DNA of 63,946 nucleotides from Frankiaceae bacterium (GTDB lineage Bacteria; Actinomycetota; Actinomycetes; JADGOV01): NCBI GenBank assembly GCA_017882785.1, contig JADGOV010000005.1, positions 1 to 63,946 of the forward strand, read 5' to 3'. Shown piece by piece: positions 63,023 to 63,946 of this stretch (position 1 is its first letter; each line of letters starts with the position of its first letter). The notes under the pieces were generated by a model. It saw only the letters and a program-made list of their open reading frames with translations, ran no database searches and was not told where the DNA came from. The position numbers and the translations under genes were made by a program.

Positions 63023-63802
63023 TCAGGACGCGCGGAGCGACTCGAGGGCCGGCGGCACAAACAGCTCAGCGTGGATGCGCCGGCGTTCGACTCCGGCGTC
63101 GGCGAGGAACGAGCGCACGGTACGCACCATCCCCACCGGCCCGCAGAGGTAGTACTGCGTCTGCCCGTCGGCGACGGAACAGCGGGCTGCGGCGAGCAAC
63201 CGCGGCAGGTTGTCCGCGCCGACGCGTCCGCGGTGCTGTGAGTCGTCTCGGTCGGCTCGGGACAAGACGTGCACGACCCTGAACCGCCCGATGAAGCGGC
63301 GCTCGAGTTCGGCCAGCTCCGCCGCGAACATCGTGCTCGCCGGCGTGCGATTGCCGAAGACGAGGCCGAACTCGTAGCCGCGCAGCAGTGCGGCCTCCGC
63401 CATCGCGAGCACCGGGGTGATGCCAGAGCCGGCGGCAACGGCGAGGTGACGGCGCTGCGGCTGCAGGCGGAACAGGCCCGCCGGACGCAGCACGTCGAGG
63501 GTGTCGCCGGGACGGAGCCGCGCGTGAGCAAACTCGCTGAAGCCGCCGGGACCGTCCAGCTTCACCGCGATCCGCACCGACTCCGGAGCCGATCCGTCGG
63601 CCGGCGGCGCGTGGCAGATCGAGTACGAACGAAACATCTCCTCACCGTGCGCGGCCTGGTGGCGGACCGTCAGGTACTGCCCCGGCAGGTACCGGAAGTC
63701 CTCGCGGCTGCAGTCCGGAACCTGCAGGGTGATCGTGACCGCGTCGCGGATCTGCCGGTGGACGTCGAGCACGGCCAGCAGGTGAAGGCTTGTGCTGCTC
63801 AT
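63023..63802 (-). CDS. PaaE-like FAD/NAD(P)-binding reductase without a ferredoxin domain
   Basis: F.YLPGQYL, RSYSI, G.FS, AAGSGITP, YLCGP..M and I.AELF. Confidence 0.85.
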   Translation of the reverse strand: MSSTSLHLLAVLDVHRQIRDAVTITLQVPDCSREDFRYLPGQYLTVRHQAAHGEEMFRSYSICHAPPADGSAPESVRIAVKLDGPGGFSEFAHARLRPGDTLDVLRPAGLFRLQPQRRHLAVAAGSGITPVLAMAEAALLRGYEFGLVFGNRTPASTMFAAELAELERRFIGRFRVVHVLSRADRDDSQHRGRVGADNLPRLLAAARCSVADGQTQYYLCGPVGMVRTVRSFLADAGVERRRIHAELFVPPALESLRAS

Positions 63803-63946
63803 CGGGCCGCCCGGGCCGCCGCGTGCGACCACCGAAAGGCGGAGTGCGCGTCGTTGGGCCGGCACCGTTGGACCGAGCGAACCTCGATACGCGCCTCGAT
63901 CGCCGCGGACAAGCGGTCCAGCCGGTCCCGCAGGGTCGTGCTGTCG
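63799..63946 (-). CDS. 3' end of an unidentified upstream gene (partial)
   Basis: Open frame DSTTLRDRLDRLSAAIEARIEVR... ending in an ATGA overlap with the reductase. Confidence 0.45.
   Translation of the reverse strand, partial: DSTTLRDRLDRLSAAIEARIEVRSVQRCRPNDAHSAFRWSHAAARAAR

Overview
High-GC actinobacterial chromosome segment. From 1 to about 52.5 kb it follows the conserved core block seen around M. tuberculosis Rv3195-Rv3213 and the mgtE/mrp region: moaE, metalloproteases, a ThiF-like gene, ABC1 kinase, whiB7/wblC with its uORF attenuator, uvrD2, mrx1, nudC, adnAB, ATL, moeZ, Ku/LigD, DEAD-box helicase, ParA, PHP, MaoC/acyl-CoA dehydrogenase/CoA-lyase, mgtE and mrp. Small accessory inserts include two GAF-ANTAR proteins, an amidohydrolase and a GGDEF-EAL sensor. 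After mrp there is an accessory island. It holds an ECF sigma factor divergent from a STAND-ATPase/TPR/LuxR regulator, which is followed by a cytoplasmic papain-family (C1) protease with a Cys-rich N-terminal tip and a (YGGPE)6-YGGPQ tandem repeat. Beyond that is a decaying FkbH-type extender-unit cassette broken by IS5 and LacI remnants. The best novel candidates are the ECF/STAND/repeat-protease module and an unannotated ~80-nt hairpin sRNA whose promoter lies directly downstream of a cluster of DnaA-box-like sites. All family calls come from manual motif recognition; no searches were run.
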